Shown: piece by piece, positions 37,551 through 48,261 of the stretch | How the letters are laid out: every line of letters starts with the position of its first letter | Numbering within the stretch: the first letter of the stretch is position 1 | Assembly: GCA_965203805.1 (NCBI GenBank) | Contig: OZ241917.1 | Location: 4,224,001 to 4,288,000, forward strand | Origin: Candidatus Latescibacterota bacterium | GTDB taxonomy: Bacteria; Latescibacterota; UBA2968; GCA-2709665 | DNA length: 64,000 nt | Direction of reading: 5' to 3' | Notes under the pieces: generated by a model | What the model was told of the DNA's origin: nothing | Databases searched by the model: none | Seen by the model: only the letters and a program-made list of their open reading frames with translations | Position numbers and translations under genes: made by a program

Positions 37551-38948
37551 TTATCGCTGCTTTCCGCGAAACGCATCGCCGTGACGTTCCCACTCCCCTC
37601 CGAGCGGCCGTTGTTGTCCGCTGCCCGTCACGCCGCGCTCGCGCCCGTCTTTCTCCGGGCTGGCATAGATTGCGAACCAATCTTCCAGCATTGCCCCCAT
37701 CTCCGCAACACGCGGCGCATGAACGGCTTCTCCAATCCGATTCGTGCGTTCATCGGGATCGTTCACGAGGTCGTAGAGTTCGTTCGGTCCATCCGGATGG
37801 CGGTGAATGAACTTCCATTCACGCGTCCTGACCATTCTGGTGGGGCCGTATTCGTCGTAGACCACCACTGACTCCCGGCCCGAATCGTCGCGGCCGAGCA
37901 ACTCGGGCAGAAAACTCTTCCCCGGCAGATTGCGACCCTCCGGAAGCGGCAGGTCCAGGTACTCAAGAAGCGTCGGCATAAAGTCATACGCGCTTACCAT
38001 CGCGGGCTGAACGAGTCCTTCAGGAATCCGTCCGGGATGGCTCATCACTGCGGGTACCTTGATCGAATTCTCGTACATGTTCAGGGGGCGCGTGCCGTTC
38101 CCTTTTCCCCAGAATCCGTGGTGCCCGCAGCTGAACCCGTTGTCGCTGACGAAGACAACCAGCGTCTCTTCACGAATGCAGTTTGCCTCCAGCCGGTCGA
38201 GAATCCGCCCCACGTCCGTGTCCATCGCGGTCACGGCCGCGAAATATCCCTTCAACATCCCGCGGTTGCCCAGGCATTGGTCCGTCAATCCGATGGCCCA
38301 TGGATGCCGGGGTTCCTGCGGGCAGGAGTCGAACGCGCAGTCGTCGTAGGAATCCACCACGTCCCGCGGATGCCCGGTCCATGGGCTGTGCGGCGCGGTA
38401 TAGTGGACGCTCAGGTAGAACGGGTCTTCATCGTCCGCGTGCCGGTCGATGAATGCCAGCGCGTCGTCCGTAATGACGTTGGTCACGTATCCCGGCGCAT
38501 CGATCAGCCTGCCGTCCCGCACCATTGGCGCATCGTTGTATTTGCCGCCGCCCCGCTGGTGCACGAACCAGTGCGCGAACCCGTGCTGCGGAATCCGGCT
38601 GTTGCCAAGGTGCCATTTGCCGCTGATCCCGCACGTCCATCCGTGTTCCGACAACACGTCCGTGTACGTGACTTCTTCCGCCAGGTAGGATGCCGCGTCC
38701 TCTCCGACGTTTCCACCGCTGATCCAATCGTGAACGCCATGCTGAGAGGAAATTCGGCCTGTAAGAAACGTCGCGCGGCTCGGAGAACAGACGGGCGTTG
38801 CCACGAAGAAGCTCTCGAAACGCACGCCGGTATTCGCGATCCTGTCGATATTGGGCGTGCGTATCTCGGGATTGCCGTAGCACCCCGCCGCCCAGACGCC
38901 CTGGTCATCGGTCAGAATGAACACGACATTTGGTTTTTCAGATCCCAC
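37551..38948 (-). CDS. Sulfatase (FGly-dependent)
   Basis: PNVVFILTDDQG, CSPSRATFLTG, GKWHLG, SDNG; GTG start after GGAGAGG. Confidence 0.9.
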   Translation of the reverse strand: MGSEKPNVVFILTDDQGVWAAGCYGNPEIRTPNIDRIANTGVRFESFFVATPVCSPSRATFLTGRISSQHGVHDWISGGNVGEDAASYLAEEVTYTDVLSEHGWTCGISGKWHLGNSRIPQHGFAHWFVHQRGGGKYNDAPMVRDGRLIDAPGYVTNVITDDALAFIDRHADDEDPFYLSVHYTAPHSPWTGHPRDVVDSYDDCAFDSCPQEPRHPWAIGLTDQCLGNRGMLKGYFAAVTAMDTDVGRILDRLEANCIREETLVVFVSDNGFSCGHHGFWGKGNGTRPLNMYENSIKVPAVMSHPGRIPEGLVQPAMVSAYDFMPTLLEYLDLPLPEGRNLPGKSFLPELLGRDDSGRESVVVYDEYGPTRMVRTREWKFIHRHPDGPNELYDLVNDPDERTNRIGEAVHAPRVAEMGAMLEDWFAIYASPEKDGRERGVTGSGQQRPLGGEWERHGDAFRGKQR

Positions 38949-39147
38949 AATCCTCTCCAGCTCCCGGATATACGCGACTGCGACTCCGGTTTTCCGGCCG
39001 ATCGGAACATTGCGCAACGGTGAGCCGCGCGTCGAAAAGTCCCCCGCAATCTAACGCCGGCGCACGAGAAAATCAACGCGAATGACCTCCGACCCCCGCC
39101 TCTTTTGTCCTTGCCTTTTCGAAATCTGCCCGATATTCTAAAACGGC

Positions 39148-39297
39148 GGGGAGACGGTAGAAAAAAGCGGTGAGACGGTAGACGTTAGACGGTAGATGAC
39201 ATCCTTGCCCGATTGAGTCTTCCCTTATGCCTCCGGCAAGAAATGATACCGAACAGGCACTCATGTCATCTCACGTCTCCCGTCTTACGTCTCCCCC
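39148..39297. repeat. Heptamer (AGACGnn) inverted-repeat element between divergent genes
   Basis: tgagacggtagacgttagacggtagatgacat ... atgtcatctcacgtctcccgtcttacgtctccc. Confidence 0.7.
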
Positions 39298-39391
39298 GGG
39301 GTTGAGGGGCTGCGGGGGGAAGCGCCCGAAGAATTGTGGAACAGTTCTGTGCAGGGAATCAAGAGCACATGCATAAGCTGGAGAAATCGAA

Positions 39392-40303
39392 ATGGATATC
39401 ACCTGCCTTGACCATTGCATGACGGACGAACAGCGGGACCACTTCGACCAGCAGGGCTTTCTGATCGTTGAAAACGCACTGAATTCGGAAATGCTGGATC
39501 GGATGGCGGCGGCCGGCGATCGCGTCGACGCGCGGGAACGCGAAAAACAGAGGCTCGGCTCCGGTCAACTCATGAACAGATTCCGAACCATTGTCGAAGA
39601 CGACGCCTTCCTTGAATTGCTGGATCTGCCGAAGACGTTCCCGCTTATCTGGGACATCCTGGGCTGGAACGTCCAGCACTATATTTCGCATTTGATCTAC
39701 TACCCGCCGGAACCGCACGACAGGGTCGATACGAAGACCGGCGGCTGGCACCAGGACGGCGGCCGCCCCGTACCGGAAATGGAGCGCCCGCATCCCCGGC
39801 TCTCCCTGAAGGTCGCCTTCTGGCTGACCGATACCCGCGAGCCCGACCGGGGCGGGATTCGTATCGTACCCGGCAGCCACAAGCGCGATATCCCGCCGGA
39901 CCGCTGGCCTGAAGATGGAAACGGGCCCTCCGGAACTGCGGGGTTCGAAGACATGATGCAGGTCCGGGTAAAGGCCGGAACGGCGGTCCTGTTCGACAGG
40001 CGTCTATGGCATTCCCGCGGCATGAATACGTCCGATACGACGCGAAAGGTGTTGTTCCTCGGATACAGCTATCGCTGGCTGAGAGGCCTGGACTACAACC
40101 TGATTCCGGACAATATTCTCGAAAAATGCGATCCGATCCGCCGCCAGCTTCTGGGGGACGGGGTGGACGTCAAGGGATGGTGGCAGCCGACGGATGCCGA
40201 CGTACCGCTCAAGGGATGGCTTTTGAAGCACAAGGGCGCGTCATACGTGGAAAGGATCGGACAGAAGCAGTGGGAACGGGAAAAATGGGCGGCTGTGTCC
40301 TGA
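39392..40303 (+). CDS. PhyH family dioxygenase
   Basis: WHQDG, IVPGSH, FDRRLWHSR. Confidence 0.9.
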   Translation: MDITCLDHCMTDEQRDHFDQQGFLIVENALNSEMLDRMAAAGDRVDAREREKQRLGSGQLMNRFRTIVEDDAFLELLDLPKTFPLIWDILGWNVQHYISHLIYYPPEPHDRVDTKTGGWHQDGGRPVPEMERPHPRLSLKVAFWLTDTREPDRGGIRIVPGSHKRDIPPDRWPEDGNGPSGTAGFEDMMQVRVKAGTAVLFDRRLWHSRGMNTSDTTRKVLFLGYSYRWLRGLDYNLIPDNILEKCDPIRRQLLGDGVDVKGWWQPTDADVPLKGWLLKHKGASYVERIGQKQWEREKWAAVS

Positions 40304-40658
40304 TTCCCGTTCCCCGTTTCAGAAGCTGTCTCAAAATTCCCAGCGGTCTTCGCACGGCTGCAAAAGTGCCGGTCGGCGTTGGTCAAATCCACCCGTATAG
40401 ACAAATATGGGCGGATTTTCCCGCCTTGACCGCCACTTTTTCGCTCGCGCTCGGGAACTCACCGGTAATTTTAAAACAGTTGTCATGCGCCCTCTGGGGC
40501 ACCCATAATGATGAAAATGGTTGCATTGCCAGGCTGACCTGCAACATTGTGGTTTTGCGCGTCTTGTGGCAATTAATATCAGCCACGGTTTTTTCGTTTT
40601 TTTCGCGTGTTTCGTAGTTTCCAATGTTATTTTCTAAGTAGCTTCTCAGGGAGGAAGC

Positions 40659-42437
40659 GTGATGGACAGCGAATCGATGAGCCACGAAGAGAACTACTGC
40701 TTCGACGTCGCCGGTTACCTCATCGTCAGGGGCGTCCTGAGCAGAGGCGAGATTGCCGCCCTGAATTCGGCGATCGACGCGAGTGGGAAGTCGCAGGGCA
40801 TGCTGGGGTGGCCGCACCCCCTGCGCGAACCCTTTCGCGAACTGCTGGTCCATCCCCAGCTCGTCTGGTACCTGAATCAGATTGTGGGGCAGGGCTTCCG
40901 TCTGGAGACCGAACCGGAATTGCTTTACAACGCCGCGCGCGATCCGGATGCGCCCCTCGAGGGCGGCAACGAACCGCGGGATCCCACCCGGGCCTACTAT
41001 TACCAGAACGGACGCCGCTTCAGTGAGACGGTACGGGTCGTATGGGCCCTCGCCGACGTCGAGGCGGGTGCGGGCGGTTTCGCCATTGTGCCCTGCTCGC
41101 ACAAATCCAACGTGGAAACCCCGGACGACGTTCTCACCGGCAGTGACGATATGGGCCTCACGCTTCAGCCCGAACTCAAGGCGGGCGACCTCCTCCTTGT
41201 CGCCGGCGCCCTGCTTCAGGGCATGCGACCCTGGAATGGACGCGGTCAGCAGCGTCTTCTTTCATTTGATTTCGCGGGACGGGGCGCCATCCGCTCCGCC
41301 GGGACCGGGCCGAAAACCGGAGAAGCCCCCACGCCCGAATGGATGTCCGACCTTTCAGCCGAACAGCGAGCCTCGATCTGGCGGCCCGGATACCGAAGCA
41401 CGTCGCCTCCGCCAACGATCCATACGGACGGAGAGTCGGTGCGTCTCGACGAATCGCGGGACGTCTTCCATCCATCCATCTACGTCAGGAATCCCGACTC
41501 AGGCATCGACGAGAAGGAGTTCTATTTCTGGGACCTCTGCGGGCACCTCGTCCTCCGAAACGTGATGGACGAAGCGTGGCTGGAACAGGCCAACGAAGCC
41601 ATCGATCGATTCGAAGACAGGATCGAGGTGGGCGGGGAACTCTCCCGCGGATCGAAAGCGCTGGCCGGAACCGGCCGGCCGCTGCTGCCCGACCTGCTGC
41701 GCCTTCCGGAACCTCATTGCGATCCCTTCCGGCGCATGGTCGCGCACCCTGCGGTGGAGCACCGGCTCAACTGGATGGGCGCCAGCGGCGTAAGGTTCGG
41801 CGACGCCACCGCATTCTGTTCCGTGAAGGGCGGGTCGGGTCATTCCCTGCACGACGCGAACGAACCACTCAATCCCGGCCGGGGATATGTCTACCAGAAC
41901 GGCCGCAGCTATTGCGAGGCCGTGACGGTCAGCTGGCAGCTGAGGGACGTGCCCGCGGGTCTGGGCGGGTTCGCATGCGTACCAGGCAGCCATAAAGCCC
42001 AGTACCGCCTGCCCCCGGGGGTCCGGTCCTGCGATGACCCCATGGGCCTGGTCGTCCAGCCCGAAATGAAGGCCGGCGACGTGCTCTTCTTCATGGACGG
42101 GGGCCAGACCCACGGCGCCCTGGCGTGGAAGAACGAGATCGGCCGCCGTGCCATCCTGATCAAGTATTCATCCCGCAACTTCAACCGCAGCGGCGGCGAA
42201 ATGGTCCACCCCGAGAACCGATGGGGCGATCTCGTCGAGGATATGACCGACGCCCAACTGGCGGTTATGCGCGGACCTGACCGGGACGTCTTCAACCAGA
42301 ACGTCCCGCGGCTCGAAGTCCACGGCGGTCGCGTTTCGGTTTCCTATGAACGCGGCGGCGCTCTTTATAGCAGGGATGCCCCCACCGGTCCGGTCGCAAA
42401 ACGAGGCGGTGACGTATCCGGAAAGAGCACGGGATAG
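40659..42437 (+). CDS. Two-domain PhyH-like Fe/2OG protein
   Basis: Two repeats of FD/WDxxG.L, VPCSH/VPGSH and KAGD.L. Confidence 0.85.
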   Translation: MMDSESMSHEENYCFDVAGYLIVRGVLSRGEIAALNSAIDASGKSQGMLGWPHPLREPFRELLVHPQLVWYLNQIVGQGFRLETEPELLYNAARDPDAPLEGGNEPRDPTRAYYYQNGRRFSETVRVVWALADVEAGAGGFAIVPCSHKSNVETPDDVLTGSDDMGLTLQPELKAGDLLLVAGALLQGMRPWNGRGQQRLLSFDFAGRGAIRSAGTGPKTGEAPTPEWMSDLSAEQRASIWRPGYRSTSPPPTIHTDGESVRLDESRDVFHPSIYVRNPDSGIDEKEFYFWDLCGHLVLRNVMDEAWLEQANEAIDRFEDRIEVGGELSRGSKALAGTGRPLLPDLLRLPEPHCDPFRRMVAHPAVEHRLNWMGASGVRFGDATAFCSVKGGSGHSLHDANEPLNPGRGYVYQNGRSYCEAVTVSWQLRDVPAGLGGFACVPGSHKAQYRLPPGVRSCDDPMGLVVQPEMKAGDVLFFMDGGQTHGALAWKNEIGRRAILIKYSSRNFNRSGGEMVHPENRWGDLVEDMTDAQLAVMRGPDRDVFNQNVPRLEVHGGRVSVSYERGGALYSRDAPTGPVAKRGGDVSGKSTG

Positions 42438-42540
42438 TCGCGCCCGCGCACGTTCCGAACACAGGTCGCCAGGACCGGATGTGCGCACGGAATGGACGTC
42501 CGCGCGCAAATACCCACAGCCGCCGGGAAGGACCCCGATC

Positions 42541-43218
42541 TTGACACCGCCCGTCACCACGATTTTCTTCGACGCTTACGAGACCCTTCTGGCGGGCGCC
42601 ATGGAAGAACTCCATGCCCTGTGCGACCGCATCGTCCGTGAACAGGACCTCGATTTGTCCGGGCAGGATTTCTTCGAGGCCTGGGACCGGTCGTTTTTTC
42701 CGCTTCTCCAGGGCGAGACGTTTTTTACGATGCGGCAAGCCCACCTCATCAGCCTCGAACAGACGCTCGAGAGCTTCGGCAGACACGTTTCTTTCGTGCA
42801 CTACACCGACGACCTTTTTGCGACATTCTCGGAGGTGCCCGTCTTCGATGACGTCATGCCCGCGCTGGCCGGTCTTGAGTCGTTCCGGACCGGGGTGGTC
42901 TCCAATGCCGACCACGGTCACCTGACCCGTGCGCTCAGGAAAAACAACCTGGCGTTTCCCGTGGTCGTCAGTTCCGAGTCCGCACGCGCCTACAAACCCG
43001 CGCCTGGCATCTTCCACGAAGCCCTGCGGCTGATCGGCAGCCGTCCGGAAGAGACTCTCTACGTGGGCGATTCCCAGGGCGACGATATCGTCGGCGCTCG
43101 GCGGGCGGGCATCCGCGTCGCGTGGCTGAACCGTAACGGTGAAGCACTCAGGCCGGACATTCCGGAACCGGACCACGAGATATCCAGCCTGCGGGAGGTT
43201 CCCGGTCTCGCTGCATGA
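42541..43218 (+). CDS. HAD-superfamily hydrolase (2-haloacid dehalogenase-like)
   Basis: FFDAYETL, VSN, YKP, YVGDS..DIVGA. Confidence 0.8.
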   Translation: MTPPVTTIFFDAYETLLAGAMEELHALCDRIVREQDLDLSGQDFFEAWDRSFFPLLQGETFFTMRQAHLISLEQTLESFGRHVSFVHYTDDLFATFSEVPVFDDVMPALAGLESFRTGVVSNADHGHLTRALRKNNLAFPVVVSSESARAYKPAPGIFHEALRLIGSRPEETLYVGDSQGDDIVGARRAGIRVAWLNRNGEALRPDIPEPDHEISSLREVPGLAA

Positions 43219-43416
43219 ATCCCGGCGACCCGCAGGATTGTTCCGGCTTCCGTTAACCGGATCTCCCCGTTTCGCCTCTTGCCGCAAGTGTTTCCCAATA
43301 CGCGAAACGTAACGCCCCCTGCCCCGAAGCGTGCTCGTCACCAGCAAAAAGACAGCCTGCAACGCATCTCCAGGGGAGGCGCATCGCAGGCTGAAGGGGT
43401 TCGATTCAGAAGCCGG

Positions 43417-44052
43417 CTACTTGTTCGGCTGCGGGGTATACCTCAGGTACGGCTTGATGGTTGTGAATCCTTTGGGGAATTTTTCGACCGCCTCTTCGTC
43501 GGTCACCGCGGGAACGATGATGCAGTCTTCGCCGTCCTCCCAGTTGACGGGCGTTGCCACCTGGTGGTAGGCCGTGAGTTGCAGCGAGTCGATCACCCGA
43601 AGGATCTCGGCGAAGTTCCGGCCGGTAGACGCGGGATAGGTCAACGTCAGTTTGACCTTCTTGTCCGGGCCGATGACGAATACGGACCGTACCGTGGCCT
43701 TGTCGTCTTCGTTCGGGTGAATCATATCGTACATGCTGGCCACCGTCTTGTCCGGGTCGGCAATCAGCGGGAAGTTGACCGTGGTGTTCTGGGTCTCGTT
43801 GATGTCGCTGACCCAGCCCCTGTGGTCATCCAGCGGGTCCACGCTTACGCCGATTACCTTGACGTTGCGCTTTGCAAACTCCGCCTTCAGCTTGGCGACC
43901 ACACCCAGTTCGGTGGTGCAGACCGGCGTGAAGTCGGCGGGATGGGAGAACAGAACGCCCCAGGCGTCTCCCAGCCATTCGTGAAAGCGGACAGTACCTT
44001 CGGTTGTCTCCGCTGTAAAATCGGGTGCGTCGTCCCCCAATCGCAATGGCAT
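43417..44052 (-). CDS. 1-Cys peroxiredoxin (Prx6)
   Basis: FSHPADFTPVCTTE, YPASTGRNF. Confidence 0.95.
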   Translation of the reverse strand: MPLRLGDDAPDFTAETTEGTVRFHEWLGDAWGVLFSHPADFTPVCTTELGVVAKLKAEFAKRNVKVIGVSVDPLDDHRGWVSDINETQNTTVNFPLIADPDKTVASMYDMIHPNEDDKATVRSVFVIGPDKKVKLTLTYPASTGRNFAEILRVIDSLQLTAYHQVATPVNWEDGEDCIIVPAVTDEEAVEKFPKGFTTIKPYLRYTPQPNK

Positions 44053-44283
44053 AGCATTCCTCCCTTTTTCGTGTGTGTCGTTGAGATGTTCCGGTGAAAC
44101 GAGAATTCCCGATAACCGGAACGCCCGCAACGCGTTTTCGCAACCCTGAATCAGGTATCGGATAGGATATTAATAAAAGGGTACTGAAATATCAATGTCA
44201 AGCGATTTATTGAAAATCGGGAGCGTCCCGTCCGTTCCGCGTCGCGGATCCTGCCGTCGTCCCGACTGATCGGAGAGGCCACC

Positions 44284-46734
44284 ATGCAAACCCACGCGCG
44301 CCTGGTTGTCATCGGCGCCGGCATCGTCGGCTGCAGCACCGTCTACCATCTCACGCGCCAGGGCTGGAAGGACATTGTGGTCCTGGACCAGGGACCCCTC
44401 TTCGATACCGGCGGGTCGACGTCCCATGCGCCGGGGCTGGTGTTCCAGACCAACTTTTCGAAGACAATGACCGACATTTCCAGGAACACGGTTGCCCTTT
44501 ACAACTCGCTGCGCCTGGACGGACAACCCTGTTTCCATCCTGTCGGAAGTTTCGAGGTCGCGTACACGCCCGAGCGGATGGAGGACCTGAAGCGTAAACT
44601 GGGCGTCGCCAAATCCTGGAACCTCGAAGCCTGCCTCACTTCGCCCGAAGAGACCCTGGTAAAGCTCCCCCTGCTGGATGCCGGCCGAATCCATGGCGCG
44701 TACTATGTGCCATCGGACGGCATTGCGAAGGCCGTGCGCGCCTGCGAAGCCATGGCGCGCGCCTCGGATCCCGGCGCCGCGTTTCACGGACGAACCACGG
44801 TGACCGGCATCGAAGTGAGGAACGGCCGCGTCCGCGGGATAAAGACCGACCGGGGGCGCATCGCCGCGGACCAGGTGTTGATCTGCGCGGGCATCTGGGG
44901 GCCGCGCATCGGGCGCCTGGCGGGCATCTCCATCCCGCTTACGCCCGTTCAGCATCAATACGCGCTCACGGCGCCGCTTCCGGAACTGGCGGGAGAAACC
45001 CGGGAAGTCGTCCACCCGATCCTGCGCCACCAGGACTCCGCCATGTATTTCCGGCAGCAGGCCGACCGGTACGGCATCGGGTCCTACAGGCACGAACCGC
45101 TCCTGGTGAGCCCGGACGACCTCCTCAGCCCGGATGAAGCCAGGCTCTCGCCGTCGATTATGGACTTCACGCCGGAACACTTCGCGGTTGCGCGAGAGGC
45201 CGCGGACGAACTTATACCGGCGTTGAAACACGCCGGTCTCGACTACAGGATCAACGGCCTCTTCTCCTTCACGCCGGACGGGTTGCCCCTGCTCGGTGAG
45301 TCCGTCGACGTTCGCGGGCTCTGGGTTGCCGAGGCCGTGTGGATCACCCACGGCGGCGGCGTGGGACAGGCGGTGGCGGAGTGGATGGAATCCGGCGCGC
45401 CCGAAATCGATCTCAGGGACGCCGATATCAACCGCTTCGGCCCGCACGTCCACACCCGTGAATACGTTGAAGCCCGGGGGGCGCAGCAATACCGCGAAGT
45501 CTACGATATCATCCATCCGCTGGAACAGATGGAGCATCCGCGCGGCCTGCGTCTCAGCCCGTTTCATCCCCGCCTGAAGGAACTGGATGCCGTGTTCTTC
45601 GAAGGCGCGGGATGGGAACGCCCGCAATGGTTCGAAGCCAACAATGTCGGGCTGGACGAAGAGAAGGGTCTGCCGTCGCGAACCGGCTGGGAGGCGCGGT
45701 ACTGGTCTCGCGTTCAGGGCGTGGAACACCGGGCCACCCGGAGCCGCGCGGGGCTGTGCGACATTACGCCGTTCACGAAGATCGAAGTCGCCGGCGCGGG
45801 CGCACCGGGTTTTCTTCAGCGCATGGCCGCCAACCGTATGGACCGCCCCGTCGGCAGGGTGATCTATACGGCCCTGCTCAATTGGCGGGGAGGCGTCGCT
45901 GCCGACCTGACCGTCACCCGGCTGGCCGCGGACCGCTTCCTGGTTCTCACGGGGGCCGCCTCAGGGATGCGGGACCTGGCATGGTTCTCCCGCCACGCCC
46001 GGGAGGAACGCGACGTTCGCATTGCCGATGTGACCTCCGCCTGGTGCGGCCTGGGCCTCTGGGGGCCCGAAGCCCGAGAGATCCTTCAAGGCGTCTGCAG
46101 CGACGATCTTACCAACCGGGGGTTCCCGTATTTTACCGCAAGACGGATTCAGATCGGGTCCATTCCCGCCCTCGCGCTGCGCATTTCCTACGTGGGGGAA
46201 CTGGGATGGGAAATCTATGCGCCCACTGAATTCGGGCTTCGGCTCTGGGACACGCTCTGGGAGGCCGGACGTCCGCACGGGCTCGTCGCCCTCGGCGGCG
46301 GGGCATTCGACGCGCTCCGGCTCGAAAAGGGATTCCGCCTCTGGGGCGCGGATATCCATACGGAGTACAATCCCTACGAAGCCGGACTCGGCTGGGCCGT
46401 CAGGCTCGACAAGGGTGACTTCCTGGGACGGGCCGCCCTGTTGAAAATCCGCGAGAAGGGAATCGACCGGAAGCTCTGCTGCCTCACCCTGGACGAACCG
46501 GGCGCGGTTGTGATGGGGAAGGAGCCCATTCTGGCCGGCAGCCGCGTACTCGGGTACGTCACCAGCGCCAACCACGGGTACACCGTCGGCAAGTTCATCG
46601 CGTACGGCTATCTCCCGCTGGAGTACGCAATGCCGGGAACATCCGTCGAAGTCGAAACCTTCGGCAATCGCCATCGCGCCACGGTCTCGAGCGAACCGCT
46701 CTACGATCCCCGCGGCAAAAAAATGAAAGTCTGA
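44284..46734 (+). CDS. Dimethylglycine oxidase/dehydrogenase-like (FAD oxidase + GcvT domain)
   Basis: GAGIVG, GSTSHAPG, FSFTPDG, GWERP, SYVGELGWE, LRLEKG. Confidence 0.9.
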   Translation: MQTHARLVVIGAGIVGCSTVYHLTRQGWKDIVVLDQGPLFDTGGSTSHAPGLVFQTNFSKTMTDISRNTVALYNSLRLDGQPCFHPVGSFEVAYTPERMEDLKRKLGVAKSWNLEACLTSPEETLVKLPLLDAGRIHGAYYVPSDGIAKAVRACEAMARASDPGAAFHGRTTVTGIEVRNGRVRGIKTDRGRIAADQVLICAGIWGPRIGRLAGISIPLTPVQHQYALTAPLPELAGETREVVHPILRHQDSAMYFRQQADRYGIGSYRHEPLLVSPDDLLSPDEARLSPSIMDFTPEHFAVAREAADELIPALKHAGLDYRINGLFSFTPDGLPLLGESVDVRGLWVAEAVWITHGGGVGQAVAEWMESGAPEIDLRDADINRFGPHVHTREYVEARGAQQYREVYDIIHPLEQMEHPRGLRLSPFHPRLKELDAVFFEGAGWERPQWFEANNVGLDEEKGLPSRTGWEARYWSRVQGVEHRATRSRAGLCDITPFTKIEVAGAGAPGFLQRMAANRMDRPVGRVIYTALLNWRGGVAADLTVTRLAADRFLVLTGAASGMRDLAWFSRHAREERDVRIADVTSAWCGLGLWGPEAREILQGVCSDDLTNRGFPYFTARRIQIGSIPALALRISYVGELGWEIYAPTEFGLRLWDTLWEAGRPHGLVALGGGAFDALRLEKGFRLWGADIHTEYNPYEAGLGWAVRLDKGDFLGRAALLKIREKGIDRKLCCLTLDEPGAVVMGKEPILAGSRVLGYVTSANHGYTVGKFIAYGYLPLEYAMPGTSVEVETFGNRHRATVSSEPLYDPRGKKMKV

Positions 46735-46793
46735 CGCGACTATACGATGAGATATTGGCACGCAGGAAAAGGTTTTGTCAAGAGCAAGACAAA

Positions 46794-46823
46794 ACCCCCG
46801 GGCATATTGAATTGCCCGGGGGT
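46794..46823. terminator. Intrinsic terminator between convergent genes
   Basis: acccccgggca-8nt-tgcccgggggt, with a U-tract on the minus strand. Confidence 0.7.
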
Positions 46824-46851
46824 CATAAGTTTGTTGTGCAGAAGGATTGTG

Positions 46852-47313
46852 CTATTCCTCCTCGCTGCGCTCTCTTTTCAGCAATAAACAACCGGCTATC
46901 AAGTCGTGAAGGGCCTGTTTTCGTTCCGTAAAGGCCGCTAGAACATAACCAATGTATGCGGTCATTCTGGAGATTATCTTTGCAAAATGTCGTCCGGAAG
47001 CCCGCCCGAAGGAAATTCGGTTTCCTTCAAGGTCCGTGACTCTAATGCCGAGCGCCAACTTGCCCAATGTGGCTTGAAGATTGGATGACTCCAATATGGC
47101 ATAGTAGAGCCAATCGAAGGAGAAAAAGCAGATCAAGAACCCGATCACGACGGTTGTGAATAATGCATCTCCTACGAGAAATGTACCTGCTGTACCCGTT
47201 CCGAAGGCATAGAACCAACCGCCCAGAGCAGCATAGATTCCAGCAAATGCGCCGGTGATCAATTTATCGATGATCGCTGCTGCGAACCGCTGCCAGAATC
47301 TCGCATAGGTCAT
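46852..47313 (-). CDS. RDD family membrane protein
   Basis: YARFWQRFAAAIID, QATLGK, QALHDLIAG. Confidence 0.9.
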   Translation of the reverse strand: MTYARFWQRFAAAIIDKLITGAFAGIYAALGGWFYAFGTGTAGTFLVGDALFTTVVIGFLICFFSFDWLYYAILESSNLQATLGKLALGIRVTDLEGNRISFGRASGRHFAKIISRMTAYIGYVLAAFTERKQALHDLIAGCLLLKRERSEEE

Positions 47314-47480
47314 TTTCGCCTCCTTCGATATCTGCTGCCACCCCAGACCGCGACTACCGCGAGATTAGACAGCACGATTTGATTATTGGTTTCAGGAATA
47401 AAACAGTCCCGCATTCTTCATACACAAAACGGTCCCGGTCCCTGGATCGTCCGTTTAAGTGAAATGCTTGTCTAAACTCC

Positions 47481-47516
47481 TTGACTCGACTGTAAATATA
47501 GTCTATATTGGACTAT
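47481..47516 (+). promoter_or_regulatory. TA promoter with palindromic operator
   Basis: TTGACT-17-TATATT; ATAGTC/GACTAT IR around the -10 box. Confidence 0.6.
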
Positions 47517-47537
47517 TATTTAATGAAGGGAGACGAT

Positions 47538-47822
47538 ATGTCCATCCAATATCCCAAACCAGACCGGGTCTGGACTGTCGCGGAGGCCAAGGCGAGGCTG
47601 TCTGAAATTCTTCGTCTGTCCGAGGCGGAAGGCCCGCAGCGAATCGGCGCGCGGAAGGCTTTCGTTGTCGTGCCCGAGCATATCTGGAAGGCTCAGTCGT
47701 CACCGCGCAAGCCGCTTGGCCAGTGGCTGATCGACAATATGCCGCGCGGGACGAATCTCGATATACCTGTCGATCGAACGTCCCGGCGGGAGATCCCGTT
47801 CGCTGACGGAGATGCGGGATGA
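47538..47822 (+). CDS. Phd/YefM family antitoxin
   Basis: WTVAEAKARLSEIL..EGPQRI. Confidence 0.8.
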   Translation: MSIQYPKPDRVWTVAEAKARLSEILRLSEAEGPQRIGARKAFVVVPEHIWKAQSSPRKPLGQWLIDNMPRGTNLDIPVDRTSRREIPFADGDAG

Positions 47823-48238
47823 ACGGGTTTCTCGTGGACACCAACGTGGTCTCTGAACTCACCCGAACCGCGCCGGACGCGAATGTGATGGCATTTCTGT
47901 CTAAACCGCACGATCTGTGGCTGTCGGCGGTGGTGGTGCATGAGTTGGCGTTCGGTTTGCAGCTTTTGCCTCACGGACCACGGCGCGACGTACTGCGCGC
48001 GGCGCTGTCGGGGATAATCGCAGACTACCAGGACCGTATTCTTCCTGTCGACAGAGCGGGCGCGGAATGGGCGGCCTCTTTTCGAACGCAGGCGCATCGC
48101 GCCGGACGGGTTCTGGATCTGGGTGACGCGCTCGTCGCCGGAACCGCCAGGGCCCACGATCTGTCCGTTGCAACGAGAAACGTCACGGATTTCAACGGCC
48201 TGGACGTCGACGTCACGAATCCCTGGGAATCATCGTGA
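47819..48238 (+). CDS. vapC: VapC PIN-domain toxin
   Basis: LVDTNVVSE, GDALVAGTA, ATRNVTDF; ATGA overlap. Confidence 0.9.
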   Translation: MNGFLVDTNVVSELTRTAPDANVMAFLSKPHDLWLSAVVVHELAFGLQLLPHGPRRDVLRAALSGIIADYQDRILPVDRAGAEWAASFRTQAHRAGRVLDLGDALVAGTARAHDLSVATRNVTDFNGLDVDVTNPWESS

Positions 48239-48261
48239 CCGGGAAAGAAAGGGCGACCACA

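Noticed and set aside
40321-40620. Weak ~15-bp IR (agctgtctcaaaatt / aattttaaaacagtt) and short repeats
   Set aside because: Possible MITE remnant, but 3 mismatches, a single copy and no target duplication are too little to call.
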